Part shown: positions 8,629-18,664 of the stretch, one piece after another
How the letters are laid out: each line of letters begins with the position of its first letter
Position numbering within the stretch: position 1 is the stretch's first letter
Sequence record: OP729297.1
Strand: one strand, 5' to 3'
DNA: 64,000 nt
The notes under the pieces: model-generated
Databases searched by the model: none
What the model was told of the DNA's origin: nothing
Seen by the model: the letters and a program-made list of their open reading frames with translations, nothing else
Program-made: the position numbers and the translations under genes

Positions 8629-10571
8629 TAACGGAGTCTCGACATTGCACGAAGCTCACCCGGTGTAGGCTGGAATGAAACCTTGCCGTTATCGAGAGGC
8701 ATCGTTTTGTTGGCTTCATAGTTCTTAGCAGCTTTCCAGATTTGGTCGTTAGCACGGCTGTTCGCCACAGACTGACGGAAGACGTGTTTCTTCTTACCTG
8801 TCTTGGACAGTTCAAAGATTTCAGAACGTTCACCGAAGTCGCGGTTAAGCAGCTTACGCTTCTCACCACCAAGAACAGCAGATGACAGGCCGATACCAGC
8901 GATATGACGACGGCGACGTTGCAGGTCACGGTCACCAGACATGCTACTGACAGAACTAAAGCTGTCACCGTCACCACCAGCACCAGGCTCAGGAGGTGCG
9001 AACTCAGCGTCGATTTCAGACATACGTTTGCGATAGGCCATCAGCTTACGACGCATAGCGAGGTCTTCATCCTGATCCATAAGAATCTGGTCGAAGTTGT
9101 ACCCGCCAGCCGCAGCGATAGCGCGTAACGGAACTGGAACGCCCAGCTCAGTCATCGCACGTAAGTTTTCCATCATCGCTTGATCAACGTCAGGACGCAG
9201 TTGCTTAGACCAATGCACGTTCGGAATAAACAGTTTGCTACCGTCATTCAGTTTGTACATTACTTCGGTCAAGCCGCCGTCCATGAGATTGTTCTTCTTG
9301 ATGATCTTACCGTTACGCTGAACAGCCAAGCCATTCATCATACTGATAAGAGGGAAGACTTTCTCGTAGTAGACTTTACGCGTCAGATGATCACGGAACG
9401 CTCGCATCGCTTCAACGAAAATCGTCAGGCCAGCAGCGCCGGAGTCATAGTTCGCTTCACCGCTGAGGAACGCTTCACTGATACCCATAGCTCGCATTTT
9501 GAATTGAGCAGTCTGGTCCCAGATATCCGTAATCTTCCAGAAGTCACCGCCTTGACGGAACTCGCTGATGTTCACGCCCAAGCGTGTAGTAATGATAGAT
9601 CCAATCGGGTCACTATCCGCAGACAGAAGAAGGTCGGTCATAAAGTCCATTTCTTCTTGCGACGGTTCCCACTGATCACCATCACCCAGCTGGGCGTGTA
9701 AGATACCGCGTTGACGACGGCCCGACTCAATCAGCGTACCACGATACAGGTTCTTTTCGATCAGCCAGATTGGCAGCACACGGCGTAACACCGAGATACC
9801 TTCACCGAAGCTGAACGTCTTACGTGGAATGTAGATTGTGCCGATGGGGTCGAGTTCCATCGTCGTGTCGTTCATCAACTTATCAACGAATCCCGCGCCA
9901 AGTTCTTTTTTCAGCGCGTCAATACGTTTACCTTCTTTGGCGAAAGCAGACTTCACGTACTGAGGGATGCGCAGTTCGAACATCGGGTCTTGGCTGATAA
10001 ACGGCAAAGGCGTCACGTCGATATTGTCGTAACGGTGCGTCATCAGGTCGATGAACTTCTTACGGTCTTTGTTGTAGATCATACTGCCAACGAACGCGCC
10101 AGTAACCTGAATATCGGTTGTGATGTTCGGCATACTGGTGGTCAGTGACAGACGTTCGTTCACTTCGTAATACGGCTCAAGCACACTGTCTTTCGCGCCA
10201 CTGAAACTCACATCGGAGAATGGTAGCGTTGAGAACAAGTCCACGTAAGAGCCGCAGATTGGATCGAAGTGATACATATCGCGGTAGACGTTGAATAGCT
10301 GTCGGTCGTCAGCATCATAGTCCATACCTTCCATCATCGGCTCTAAGTCGATATCAAGAGGCACGGTACCAATTTGCATATTACCGGCAGCCATCCCTGC
10401 GCCACCCGCAGATTGAGATACGAAGTCAGTGTGACGACGCGAACTCTCACTGCGGATTGCTTTGCCTATCTCGCGCGGTAAAGAGGCTGCGCCGAGAGAA
10501 TTGTTTGTTTTCTTCTTTGCAGGCTCCGAGGGTGCAGCGCCCAATTGACGACGCCCGACCTGAATACCCAT
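8628..10571 (-). CDS. Portal protein (T4 gp20-like)
   Basis: 647 aa, next to TerL; segments LFNVYRDMYHFDPICGSYVD and ISVLRRVLPIWLIEKNLYRGTLI resemble gp20-type portals. Confidence 0.7.
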   Translation of the reverse strand: MGIQVGRRQLGAAPSEPAKKKTNNSLGAASLPREIGKAIRSESSRRHTDFVSQSAGGAGMAAGNMQIGTVPLDIDLEPMMEGMDYDADDRQLFNVYRDMYHFDPICGSYVDLFSTLPFSDVSFSGAKDSVLEPYYEVNERLSLTTSMPNITTDIQVTGAFVGSMIYNKDRKKFIDLMTHRYDNIDVTPLPFISQDPMFELRIPQYVKSAFAKEGKRIDALKKELGAGFVDKLMNDTTMELDPIGTIYIPRKTFSFGEGISVLRRVLPIWLIEKNLYRGTLIESGRRQRGILHAQLGDGDQWEPSQEEMDFMTDLLLSADSDPIGSIITTRLGVNISEFRQGGDFWKITDIWDQTAQFKMRAMGISEAFLSGEANYDSGAAGLTIFVEAMRAFRDHLTRKVYYEKVFPLISMMNGLAVQRNGKIIKKNNLMDGGLTEVMYKLNDGSKLFIPNVHWSKQLRPDVDQAMMENLRAMTELGVPVPLRAIAAAGGYNFDQILMDQDEDLAMRRKLMAYRKRMSEIDAEFAPPEPGAGGDGDSFSSVSSMSGDRDLQRRRRHIAGIGLSSAVLGGEKRKLLNRDFGERSEIFELSKTGKKKHVFRQSVANSRANDQIWKAAKNYEANKTMPLDNGKVSFQPTPGELRAMSRLR

Positions 10572-10578
10572 CTGAACC

Positions 10579-10794
10579 TCACTGTAACGGAATGGCGAGA
10601 CTTACGCGGCAACCAGTGCAGAACATGACGTCCTCACCAGAAAGCAGTTTAGTCGGCACTGTTGAGGAACCACATTTAGGGCAGTAGTTAGCGCTATCAA
10701 CAACGAACGCGCTTGTGCTCTCTACTGCACCTTTGGTACCTGACTCTGACTTTACAGAGTTATTGTCCAGCAACGGATTGTAATGCTTGCTCAT
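10579..10794 (-). CDS. Small zinc-ribbon protein
   Basis: CPKC...CTGC in 71 aa, between TerL and portal. Confidence 0.65.
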   Translation of the reverse strand: MSKHYNPLLDNNSVKSESGTKGAVESTSAFVVDSANYCPKCGSSTVPTKLLSGEDVMFCTGCRVSLAIPLQ

Positions 10795-10833
10795 GATCTT
10801 GTTCCTTGTGATAACTGACTCTACTAAATTAGC

Positions 10834-13662
10834 TTATTTACGGCCAATCATTCGAGTACGAGCAGAACCGAGAACACGACCGCCAGTAAGCGCAACACGC
10901 GAGCTACCAGCAGTACCTGAGTTAAGTCTATGCGCTACGCGTCCCAAGCGATTCGGGTCACGGTTCATAGCTATCTCAGGAGCTTTCGTCAGATACTCGT
11001 CATACTCACCACACTCGAAGCCATAGACCATGAGGGCCATAGCACGCCACAGGTCATCGGTTGCCCCTGTGTTCTTGATTACGCTGCGGCCTGTGTCTTG
11101 CACAGTCTGGAGCTGCATAATCAAGTGCTCTGTTGGTTTGTTTTCGAAGCACTGAGGATATTCGTCGCCATCATACTTCAACGTGTCCGCAATAGTTTTC
11201 GCGTGAGTCATGCGAGGCAGACTGATGCGGCTTGGCTGCGATTCGAACATCGTCTTAACAGTCCACATGTCCTGATATTTCAGGCTGTACTGTGCAGACT
11301 CCTCAATCGAATCCACTTTCAGTTTCGCATCTTGCAGCAGCTTGAGGGACTGCCACTGGTCAGCGAGCATCACGCGCACGTTACGCGATTTGCACAACGG
11401 AATTAGGAGTTCATCGAATATGAGGGTGTAGTTCAATGGTATGCCAGGCTTCGGCACGATCTCTACCAGACAATCGACACTGATAATCCCAGCATCATCG
11501 CGTGAGCCTGTGACCAGAGCAAAACTGTTGTTCGAGAAGCCTGCGTCAATTGCAAGTATCGACGCTTTTGTCGTTGAGGCCGCTTTGACGAGACTACCAT
11601 AACGCTGGCGCTCGCCGTCCTTATGTCGAATGATGTGGTGGGTATAGGTACACATCGAACGACCTTTCTCACGAATAGCATCTGCGATAAACGTAGGCTG
11701 CGTGATGAAAGGGTTAGCCGACAACGGTGCTTCTGCTCCATAGTCACGAGCCGCACCTACAGGGTCACGACGAAATGCTTCTAACAGGAACTCGGAGTTG
11801 CGCGGCATGTCTGGGTTCATCTTCCATGTAGGAGCGTGAATCCCAAGCAGCGTCTTCGAGCCAACTGACATACGAAGCAGTTCGTTGATCTTATCACGGG
11901 CGTGTACAGGACTACTGATGTTGCAGAAGTAACCTGTGAACGCTTCATCATAGCCAGCTTCGACCTGGCGTTTTTCTTTAGCGCGAACGGTTGCGAGTGA
12001 ACGGTCAAGTGCTCCGTATACCGCACCAGCACTAACTTTAATCTTCTTCGATTGGGCGTCGTTGTCGAAGTACGCCACTTCGTCGATTACCGCCAGTACA
12101 CGGGTTCGACCACGAAGAATACGACCATCTGGACCTGCTGGGTAGATAACAAAGTTCCTGTGTCCGTATAGCACGAACGTATCACGAATCTTCATCACCT
12201 CGATGCCGTAACGGCGTTCGTGTTTGCGAATCAGATCATGATAGGCTTGGAACCATGGGCTACCCATGATGTAGTTGAAGTACGGAGTCCAGAGTGTATC
12301 GGACGCTTGCTTCTGAGTCAGCGCGACGAACGTGCCGTGCAATACGGTTGTGTTGTCGATGCTCAAGATGCCAGTAGGCGACTGCGACATAAGCAGTCTG
12401 TGCGTCAGATAGGTCGAGATCATTGCTACTACGACCGACTTACCGCTGTTGTGATGTAGGATGCCTGACGCAACGAACTGTGGCAGACCTTCCATCTGCA
12501 AGTCATACGTAACCTGCGGAGTACCATCATCAACGGATATCACTTCGACGTGAACGGAACGACACTCAGGCTGTTCAGTCAAATCATAGACCAAGCTCCA
12601 CATGCGCGTACCGTGAACGATTTGCGGCATATGACCAGCGTTGATCAGAATCGACCACACCATTTGAAGCGCGTCTGTGTCGTCAGTAACGTACTGCATC
12701 TTATCACCAAGAGGCACACTTCTCTCGGCAATGTAACGCAGCGCTTCTTCTCGCGTAGACAGGCCAGCATCGTAGATACTGACAGGCCGTTGAATCTTGC
12801 CCCATGCGTTCGTACCGAGTTTGATTTCGATACGCTCACCACCACGCAGCTTAGACACTTTCTTAAAGCCTTCCTCAGTGCGCACAGGGTGCTCATGAGT
12901 AGCTTCAATCCACATGCCGTTTGCAAGCATGACGACTTTGGTTGGCGCAACGTCGGACACATAGACTTGGCTGACGCTTCGAATCTCACGGCCGTTATGC
13001 GCATTGAAGTTACGCTGCGGCTTGTGGAACCCAGGGCTGTCGTGGCCAATCATCATATGACCGATAGGCATAATACCACGAGAAGTCACAACGGGCGTAG
13101 ATGCAATCACACAACGCTGTCCGGCGTTCACCGCCAGTTCGTTGTAGAAGTTCATCTCACCCTTTTTAATCATCTCAGAACGACGAGCGCCGCAATGAGG
13201 GCACACACCATTGTGTAACAGGTGCAGATGCTTCTCAATCGCGGCTGTGGTTTCTTGCGGCTCGTGGTTCTCTGTGTACATCCATTGCAAGTTAGGACTA
13301 CAGCGTACACAGATCTCACCGAATAGACGAAGGCCAATAAGGGCCTGTTCGAGATACGGTTCTGCTTTTAAGAAGTCAGGACTAGTACACCACTCAAGGA
13401 AGTGTTTCGCCTTGGGCATTGAACTATCATCAAACTTCAAATCGCGCGGCACAAGTGTGCGTTGCTCCAAAGCACCCTCGACGAGATCAACAATGTTGAC
13501 CTCACCCTTTTCGAGAAAGTTAATCGCACTCGAACTATTCTCCGACAAAAAGTCCATGTCGGAAGCGGCAGACACACCTACGTCGTCACCAAGCAGCGCA
13601 TCAAACGCAGCGATTCGTTTCGGACGTATCGTGAATGCTGGGCCCTTTTTAGGCTTGGCCAT
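10834..13662 (-). CDS. terL: Terminase large subunit (intein-containing)
   Basis: Walker A GQR/SGKS split by intein; Walker B LAVIDE; motif C CNISSP; nuclease ILAIDAGFSNNSFA and DDLWRA. Confidence 0.9.
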   Translation of the reverse strand: MAKPKKGPAFTIRPKRIAAFDALLGDDVGVSAASDMDFLSENSSSAINFLEKGEVNIVDLVEGALEQRTLVPRDLKFDDSSMPKAKHFLEWCTSPDFLKAEPYLEQALIGLRLFGEICVRCSPNLQWMYTENHEPQETTAAIEKHLHLLHNGVCPHCGARRSEMIKKGEMNFYNELAVNAGQRCVIASTPVVTSRGIMPIGHMMIGHDSPGFHKPQRNFNAHNGREIRSVSQVYVSDVAPTKVVMLANGMWIEATHEHPVRTEEGFKKVSKLRGGERIEIKLGTNAWGKIQRPVSIYDAGLSTREEALRYIAERSVPLGDKMQYVTDDTDALQMVWSILINAGHMPQIVHGTRMWSLVYDLTEQPECRSVHVEVISVDDGTPQVTYDLQMEGLPQFVASGILHHNSGKSVVVAMISTYLTHRLLMSQSPTGILSIDNTTVLHGTFVALTQKQASDTLWTPYFNYIMGSPWFQAYHDLIRKHERRYGIEVMKIRDTFVLYGHRNFVIYPAGPDGRILRGRTRVLAVIDEVAYFDNDAQSKKIKVSAGAVYGALDRSLATVRAKEKRQVEAGYDEAFTGYFCNISSPVHARDKINELLRMSVGSKTLLGIHAPTWKMNPDMPRNSEFLLEAFRRDPVGAARDYGAEAPLSANPFITQPTFIADAIREKGRSMCTYTHHIIRHKDGERQRYGSLVKAASTTKASILAIDAGFSNNSFALVTGSRDDAGIISVDCLVEIVPKPGIPLNYTLIFDELLIPLCKSRNVRVMLADQWQSLKLLQDAKLKVDSIEESAQYSLKYQDMWTVKTMFESQPSRISLPRMTHAKTIADTLKYDGDEYPQCFENKPTEHLIMQLQTVQDTGRSVIKNTGATDDLWRAMALMVYGFECGEYDEYLTKAPEIAMNRDPNRLGRVAHRLNSGTAGSSRVALTGGRVLGSARTRMIGRK
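12448..13113 (-). mobile_element. Intein (222 aa) in TerL Walker A, no intact homing endonuclease visible
   Basis: Begins Cys (CVIASTPV); block B IEATHEHPV; block F VTYDLQM; ends HHN followed by extein Ser; removal restores AGQR-SGKS. Confidence 0.9.
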
Positions 13663-14476
13663 TTTCGGTCAGCTTTTTCCTGTGTTCAGTATAACCACGC
13701 GTTGTTCCTATCCCAACGCCTTTAGCAACAAGGTCATCGTTACCGTGCATCAAGCGGCGCAGTTTATCACGTAAGGTATTCGTTCCGTGTTTCAACTTAT
13801 ACTCCGCTCGCACATCATCGAACGATTTGATCAGCCAGTCTTTCAGCACGTCAGTACGCACAGACTCTGGAACCGAATCAGACTTAGACAACATCACACC
13901 AATGATGTTTGCCAAGCCAACACGTTCAATGTAAGGCACGAGTTCACTATCAATCTCCAGATCTGTTTTGAGGCAGTCCTTAGAGATTGCTTCGACTTCA
14001 CCCGCTGCGATATCAAACCCAAGTATCGGGCTGAATACCTGATGCAGCAAATAGTCACGGAAGGTTTTCGAGTGTTCGTCTATGCTGTCAAGCGCACCGT
14101 CGATTACTTCACTTTCGACTGAGAAGACGTTTTCTGGACCAACGTGGTCTTTGTTTTTACGGGCTCGGACTTCATTGAGTCGAGGCTTGATAAGAAGTCG
14201 GGACTCAGTTTTCGAGAGCGCTGCGGCTTCTTCGTCGAGGTCGAGTACATCGTCGTGGTCCTCTACAGGGGTACTATGAATAGCATGGATATCATTCACC
14301 ATACGCACAGGCGCTGTGGCGTTTGATAATCTATCGAGTTCCCACGCTTCTACACGACGCACCTGCCCATGCTTAACAGGGTACGTCCAGCGTGGGACCA
14401 TTGAATCAGACTCAACAAGTCCGTACGGGCCTTCGAAGTTACTCACGGGCAAACACGTACTTGTCGGCATGATCAT
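13649..14476 (-). CDS. Hypothetical protein (positional candidate for terminase small subunit)
   Basis: 275 aa overlapping the TerL start; TerS suggested by position only. Confidence 0.6.
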   Translation of the reverse strand: MIMPTSTCLPVSNFEGPYGLVESDSMVPRWTYPVKHGQVRRVEAWELDRLSNATAPVRMVNDIHAIHSTPVEDHDDVLDLDEEAAALSKTESRLLIKPRLNEVRARKNKDHVGPENVFSVESEVIDGALDSIDEHSKTFRDYLLHQVFSPILGFDIAAGEVEAISKDCLKTDLEIDSELVPYIERVGLANIIGVMLSKSDSVPESVRTDVLKDWLIKSFDDVRAEYKLKHGTNTLRDKLRRLMHGNDDLVAKGVGIGTTRGYTEHRKKLTENGQA

Positions 14477-14681
14477 CGAACGTCATCTGCACTGCATAGT
14501 GAGAAACGTCACTCATGTCAGTACGATTAGGTTCACCTGGATTCTGGCAGTGGAACCCATTACCGTTCGGGTACATACCAGAGAGTTCTGCACCCTCCTT
14601 GGTGCGAACGTAATAGACATAATCCTTGTCTATGTTGTTGCGGGCTTCGTCATCAAAGACTAGCCACTCGATATTGTCCAT
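14439..14681 (-). CDS. Hypothetical protein
   Basis: 80-aa ORF after GGAG. Confidence 0.65.
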   Translation of the reverse strand: MDNIEWLVFDDEARNNIDKDYVYYVRTKEGAELSGMYPNGNGFHCQNPGEPNRTDMSDVSHYAVQMTFDDHADKYVFARE

Positions 14682-14689
14682 GAAGACTC

Positions 14690-16198
14690 CTAAGCTACGT
14701 CATAAGACTTACGCTTTTTCTTTTTCTTCGGCAGGTCGTCGTCATCATCGTCATCGCTATCGTTGCCTGAATTGAGGAACGCAGCAGCACCACGACGAGA
14801 CTTCTTAATCTCAATCTTATCACCTTTCTTCTTGAAATTACCTTTTCCGAATTTCTTCTTGGAATCTCCGCCTTCCATATCGTCAGCAGATATCGCTTTC
14901 GACTTCGGTACCTCTGTGCCTTCGTCTGCATCTTCGACGCGCATTTTCTCAAAGAGGTCTTTGAGTGGCATCTCGAACAGTTCACCGTCACGCGCTTTCA
15001 TTACCTGAACAGGAATGATTTTGCCTTCACGGATTTCAGGGTCAGAGTAGTTCCACGCCCACACAACGTCGGCGTGTTCACGCATACCGCCAGAGTAACG
15101 AATACGACCAGACTGGTCATCCAACTGACACAGGATAACAACGAGCTGGCCTGTCGCCGATGCGTGTACTTTCGCTTTACGCACAACGGTAGACAGTTCA
15201 CGCCACTGGTTGTCGTTATCAATACCTTCAAGCAGACCAACGTAGTCGATGAACGTTACGTGTACGCCATATGGAATCGACATATACAGAACGTCATCAA
15301 TCGACATGCCGCGCTCAGGGCTGGTAAACGAGTTACGTCCCTTCGACTTGCTCATGAGCTTGTCGTACTTCTTCGCGGCTTTCAGCAGTTCTTTCTGCTC
15401 ACGCTTCGAGAGTTTACCCTGCTTGATCTTCCAGAAGTCGATGCCACTGATCATGGACAGCATACGCTTCATTTCCTGCTCGGCGGTCATTTCGAGTGTG
15501 ACCTTGAGACAGTGAATGCCATTGATCTTTGCCATGCGGTCTGCGATGTTCATTGACAGCACAGACTTACCACCAGAAGTTGAACCAGCTAACAACACAA
15601 CACCAGTAGTCGGCCAGCCGCCGTTCTTCTTGTCGTAGGAGTTGAAGCCAGTTTTGTACATCACTTCTTTCGGGTTAGTGATTACCTGCTTGGCTAACTT
15701 GGTTGCGTTCGACTTCTTGCCACCAAACGTCCAAACCTTCTCGGTCGTTCGTGTGCCACGCTGCGCCTGCCCGAGCTTATCTGCCAGCTCTTGCATGTAC
15801 GTCTGCTCGTCAAACTCTTCCGGGTCAGCTTCACCAAAGTCTTTGGCAATCATCTTACCCAGGTTCATGATATCACGACGCTGGCGATACTTCTCCAGAC
15901 TGTCATAAATCTTATCGAACCCTTTCATGGTCTTTGCTGGTGTCTCTTCCGCTTCACGCAGACTATCCCTGAACTCCTCGCTCAGGTTAGGGTCTTCCAG
16001 CAAGTCTTCCCATTCAATTATTTCGCTTTTAACTTCCACCAGCTTAGTTATGCGGCGGAATGCCTTGCGAGTGACTTCCGAACTAAAGTGAGAAACGCCA
16101 AGACGGCCCATCATGGCCGTCCTGTATGCTTCCTTAATCTTTGGGTTCGTTACTGTTCGAATGGCCCGAACTTCCAGGCCAAGCGAAAACATTTCCAT
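14690..16198 (-). CDS. dnaB: Replicative DNA helicase (DnaB family)
   Basis: Walker A LAGSTSGGKS, TLEM, FIDYVGLL, ILCQLD, HADVV, MKARDG; K/D-rich C-terminal tail. Confidence 0.9.
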   Translation of the reverse strand: MEMFSLGLEVRAIRTVTNPKIKEAYRTAMMGRLGVSHFSSEVTRKAFRRITKLVEVKSEIIEWEDLLEDPNLSEEFRDSLREAEETPAKTMKGFDKIYDSLEKYRQRRDIMNLGKMIAKDFGEADPEEFDEQTYMQELADKLGQAQRGTRTTEKVWTFGGKKSNATKLAKQVITNPKEVMYKTGFNSYDKKNGGWPTTGVVLLAGSTSGGKSVLSMNIADRMAKINGIHCLKVTLEMTAEQEMKRMLSMISGIDFWKIKQGKLSKREQKELLKAAKKYDKLMSKSKGRNSFTSPERGMSIDDVLYMSIPYGVHVTFIDYVGLLEGIDNDNQWRELSTVVRKAKVHASATGQLVVILCQLDDQSGRIRYSGGMREHADVVWAWNYSDPEIREGKIIPVQVMKARDGELFEMPLKDLFEKMRVEDADEGTEVPKSKAISADDMEGGDSKKKFGKGNFKKKGDKIEIKKSRRGAAAFLNSGNDSDDDDDDDLPKKKKKRKSYDVA

Positions 16199-16206
16199 TT
16201 ACGCCC

Positions 16207-16599
16207 CTACTGCAACAAGCGGGTGATGTGAGGTCGAGTTGATTCTACTTCTGCGATCCAGTTATCAATCGCTTCGTTTGAATTAACACGACATACACGG
16301 TTAGCTTTCAGATCTGCACGAGGCACGAACACAGAAAGCGAGTTGAATGCCGCAGGCGCTTTGAGCGCACTGATAGCAGACTTCACATCTTCTTTGTTCA
16401 GGCCATACTTCTGGCTGAGTTCAAACACCAGACGATTGACTTGCATCATGCCATTACGATTTACAGTCTTATACACGAGGTACAACACGGTACGCTTATA
16501 GTCCTCGTCCAGCTGCGGACGAGTGAACAGGGCGAGAGCGCAACGCTCTACGTCAGTGTTAATGATTGATGCTTGCATAACTATATGGTGACCCCTCAT
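16207..16599 (-). CDS. Hypothetical protein
   Basis: 130-aa ORF overlapping upstream stop. Confidence 0.65.
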   Translation of the reverse strand: MRGHHIVMQASIINTDVERCALALFTRPQLDEDYKRTVLYLVYKTVNRNGMMQVNRLVFELSQKYGLNKEDVKSAISALKAPAAFNSLSVFVPRADLKANRVCRVNSNEAIDNWIAEVESTRPHITRLLQ

Positions 16600-17735
16600 G
16601 CTACCTGTAATGAACCACGTAATGTTTCCAGACCACCTGTTATGGCGTCAACGCTAACCTCTAACCATTTGGCCAGAGTCTTGCGTATGAACTTCGTAGG
16701 CTTTGACATTATCCACTGAGTGGCACATGTCATGGTCTGTTTAAGCATTCCGTTCTCACGCAGATATTCGGTGAACTCAGCACAATCACGGCCGAGTACC
16801 GTTTGATACAGCTTGTGGCGTTTCGTTCCTTCTGAATCTTCCAGCAGACGATTGATGGTCAGATTGTTTTCCATCTGCTCGGTGTGTACGCGAGCATCCT
16901 CACCCAACATGTCTTCGTAAGAGTTAGACGAATCATCTTCTGGATTGTGCCACATCTGATTGTCAGACATAACCACGATCTCATATTTGTCTTCGCCCAC
17001 TTTCTTCATACGCTTGCGCTTCTCAGCGCCGTAGTAGTTGTTCATGTTGTTAATGCGGTTCGTCAGTGACGCACGTAAGTAGTTAAGCTGGTGGCCCTCA
17101 CTAAAACGATTAGGCAGAGACTGATAATACGACAGCAATACCTTACACATGATATCGCAGGTAAGGTCCGCGATAGGAATGTTGTGGCTTACTGACACCC
17201 ACTGCAATTTCTTTCTGCACAGACGCTTGGCGCTGCGATGAATCTCACCGAACAGGCTAGCAGACTGCTCAAGACGCAAGCGCAATTCATTGCTACTGAC
17301 CATAGTGATATCAAGACCACCTTTGGACTTCGCTCGCGCTTTCGCACAACGACGAATCTGTGTACGCTTCGCATCGTCTTTCAGCACCAAGTTCCATGCT
17401 AACACGGCTTCGCGCTTCGACAGGCCATACGAGGCGTATTTCAAAACTGTTTCTTTCGGATTCTTGTGCAAGCATACAGCCAGCACGAAGAAACGCATCT
17501 TCAACGTGAAACGACAAATGGAAGATATCTCAATACGCAAGTCAGGAGCAGTAAATTCGTACTGCTTAAAATCAACGGCTGCTTGCAAGTCGCGGTGATA
17601 GCCCGCGATGGAATTATAACCGCTGCCAATATAACGAATCGTTGCAGCGTATACTCGTTGGAACGCCTCTGAGGATTCCTCAATTCCCAGACGCTGTGCC
17701 AGATAAGCATTAAGACCTAATTCTTCTGTGATCAT
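16596..17735 (-). CDS. Putative phage RNA polymerase sigma-like factor
   Basis: Region-2-like LNYLRASLTNRINNMNNYYGAEKR; C-terminal HTH RKTLAKWLEVSVDAITGGLETLR resembles region 4. Confidence 0.5.
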   Translation of the reverse strand: MITEELGLNAYLAQRLGIEESSEAFQRVYAATIRYIGSGYNSIAGYHRDLQAAVDFKQYEFTAPDLRIEISSICRFTLKMRFFVLAVCLHKNPKETVLKYASYGLSKREAVLAWNLVLKDDAKRTQIRRCAKARAKSKGGLDITMVSSNELRLRLEQSASLFGEIHRSAKRLCRKKLQWVSVSHNIPIADLTCDIMCKVLLSYYQSLPNRFSEGHQLNYLRASLTNRINNMNNYYGAEKRKRMKKVGEDKYEIVVMSDNQMWHNPEDDSSNSYEDMLGEDARVHTEQMENNLTINRLLEDSEGTKRHKLYQTVLGRDCAEFTEYLRENGMLKQTMTCATQWIMSKPTKFIRKTLAKWLEVSVDAITGGLETLRGSLQVA

Positions 17736-17791
17736 GTTTTCCGAGATCCTGTTCGTATAGTTTTGAAGGTATGCTTTGCTTAGATCTTAAA

Positions 17792-18664
17792 TTACAGGTC
17801 GCCGAGTTCGACAACACCGTTCTTACCGACACGGAGTTTCTTTTTCTTCTCTTTAGACTTGTAAGAGTTGCCACCAAGAGTCATTACACCCGACTCGTCC
17901 TGCTCTGCACCCATGTCGTGACCGTTCTCGATCATAGACACAATGTCCACCAGCGTCTGAGTCTTCTTACCCTTACGCTTACCACCACGGCCTTTCGCCA
18001 CATCTTCCATCAGAGGAATAGCGAAGCCATCGAGTGAACTTGGTGCGGAGAAGTTAACGTTGTCTTCTTGTGGAAGATTACGTTTAGCGGTTTTGATCTC
18101 CTGCTCAGGGTCGATCAGCTTACCAGCTTTGATCATCTCTGTGCGCAGTTTAGCAAATTGCTTCTTCGTATATACGGACGGACCATTGAAGCCGTTGTTG
18201 GCGTAAGTCAGAACGATATCACCTTTCTCTGAAATAAGGCGAATCGAATCATCGTCAACGTCCAGCACACGCGCTGCCATGAAGTTGTTCAGGTAGTTGC
18301 GTGTCTCACGACCACGATAACGAACAAATACAGCTTGTCCCATCTTCACGCCATGACGACGAGTTTTAGATTCAGACAGCAGCATACCAGCGACAACGCG
18401 CAGGTCTTTGTCCGAGAATTTACGGAACGTGTTGAAAAGAGCCACCAGCGTATCGCCATGCTCGGTCATCAGCTCGGTCAGTGATTGACTGTCAGAGCGA
18501 TAGTGTTTGCAGATCTTAGAATCCGCCAACTGACCTTGAGTAGCACACGGCTTTTCGGCAGTCGGTAACAAGGCATCACGAGTCAGCCCGCGGCAGTCAC
18601 CACAAGTGAGTTCGCTTTTTACGAGTGCCTTGATGTCCAGAGTGCGTACTTTTGGATTCGCCAT
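17792..18664 (-). CDS. Hypothetical protein with Cys4 N-terminus and Lys-rich C-terminus
   Basis: CGDC...C...C; tail KGRGGKRKGKK...KEKKKK. Confidence 0.7.
   Translation of the reverse strand: MANPKVRTLDIKALVKSELTCGDCRGLTRDALLPTAEKPCATQGQLADSKICKHYRSDSQSLTELMTEHGDTLVALFNTFRKFSDKDLRVVAGMLLSESKTRRHGVKMGQAVFVRYRGRETRNYLNNFMAARVLDVDDDSIRLISEKGDIVLTYANNGFNGPSVYTKKQFAKLRTEMIKAGKLIDPEQEIKTAKRNLPQEDNVNFSAPSSLDGFAIPLMEDVAKGRGGKRKGKKTQTLVDIVSMIENGHDMGAEQDESGVMTLGGNSYKSKEKKKKLRVGKNGVVELGDL

Noticed and set aside
13649-14476. Definite terminase small subunit call
   Set aside because: Supported by position only; no recognisable motif
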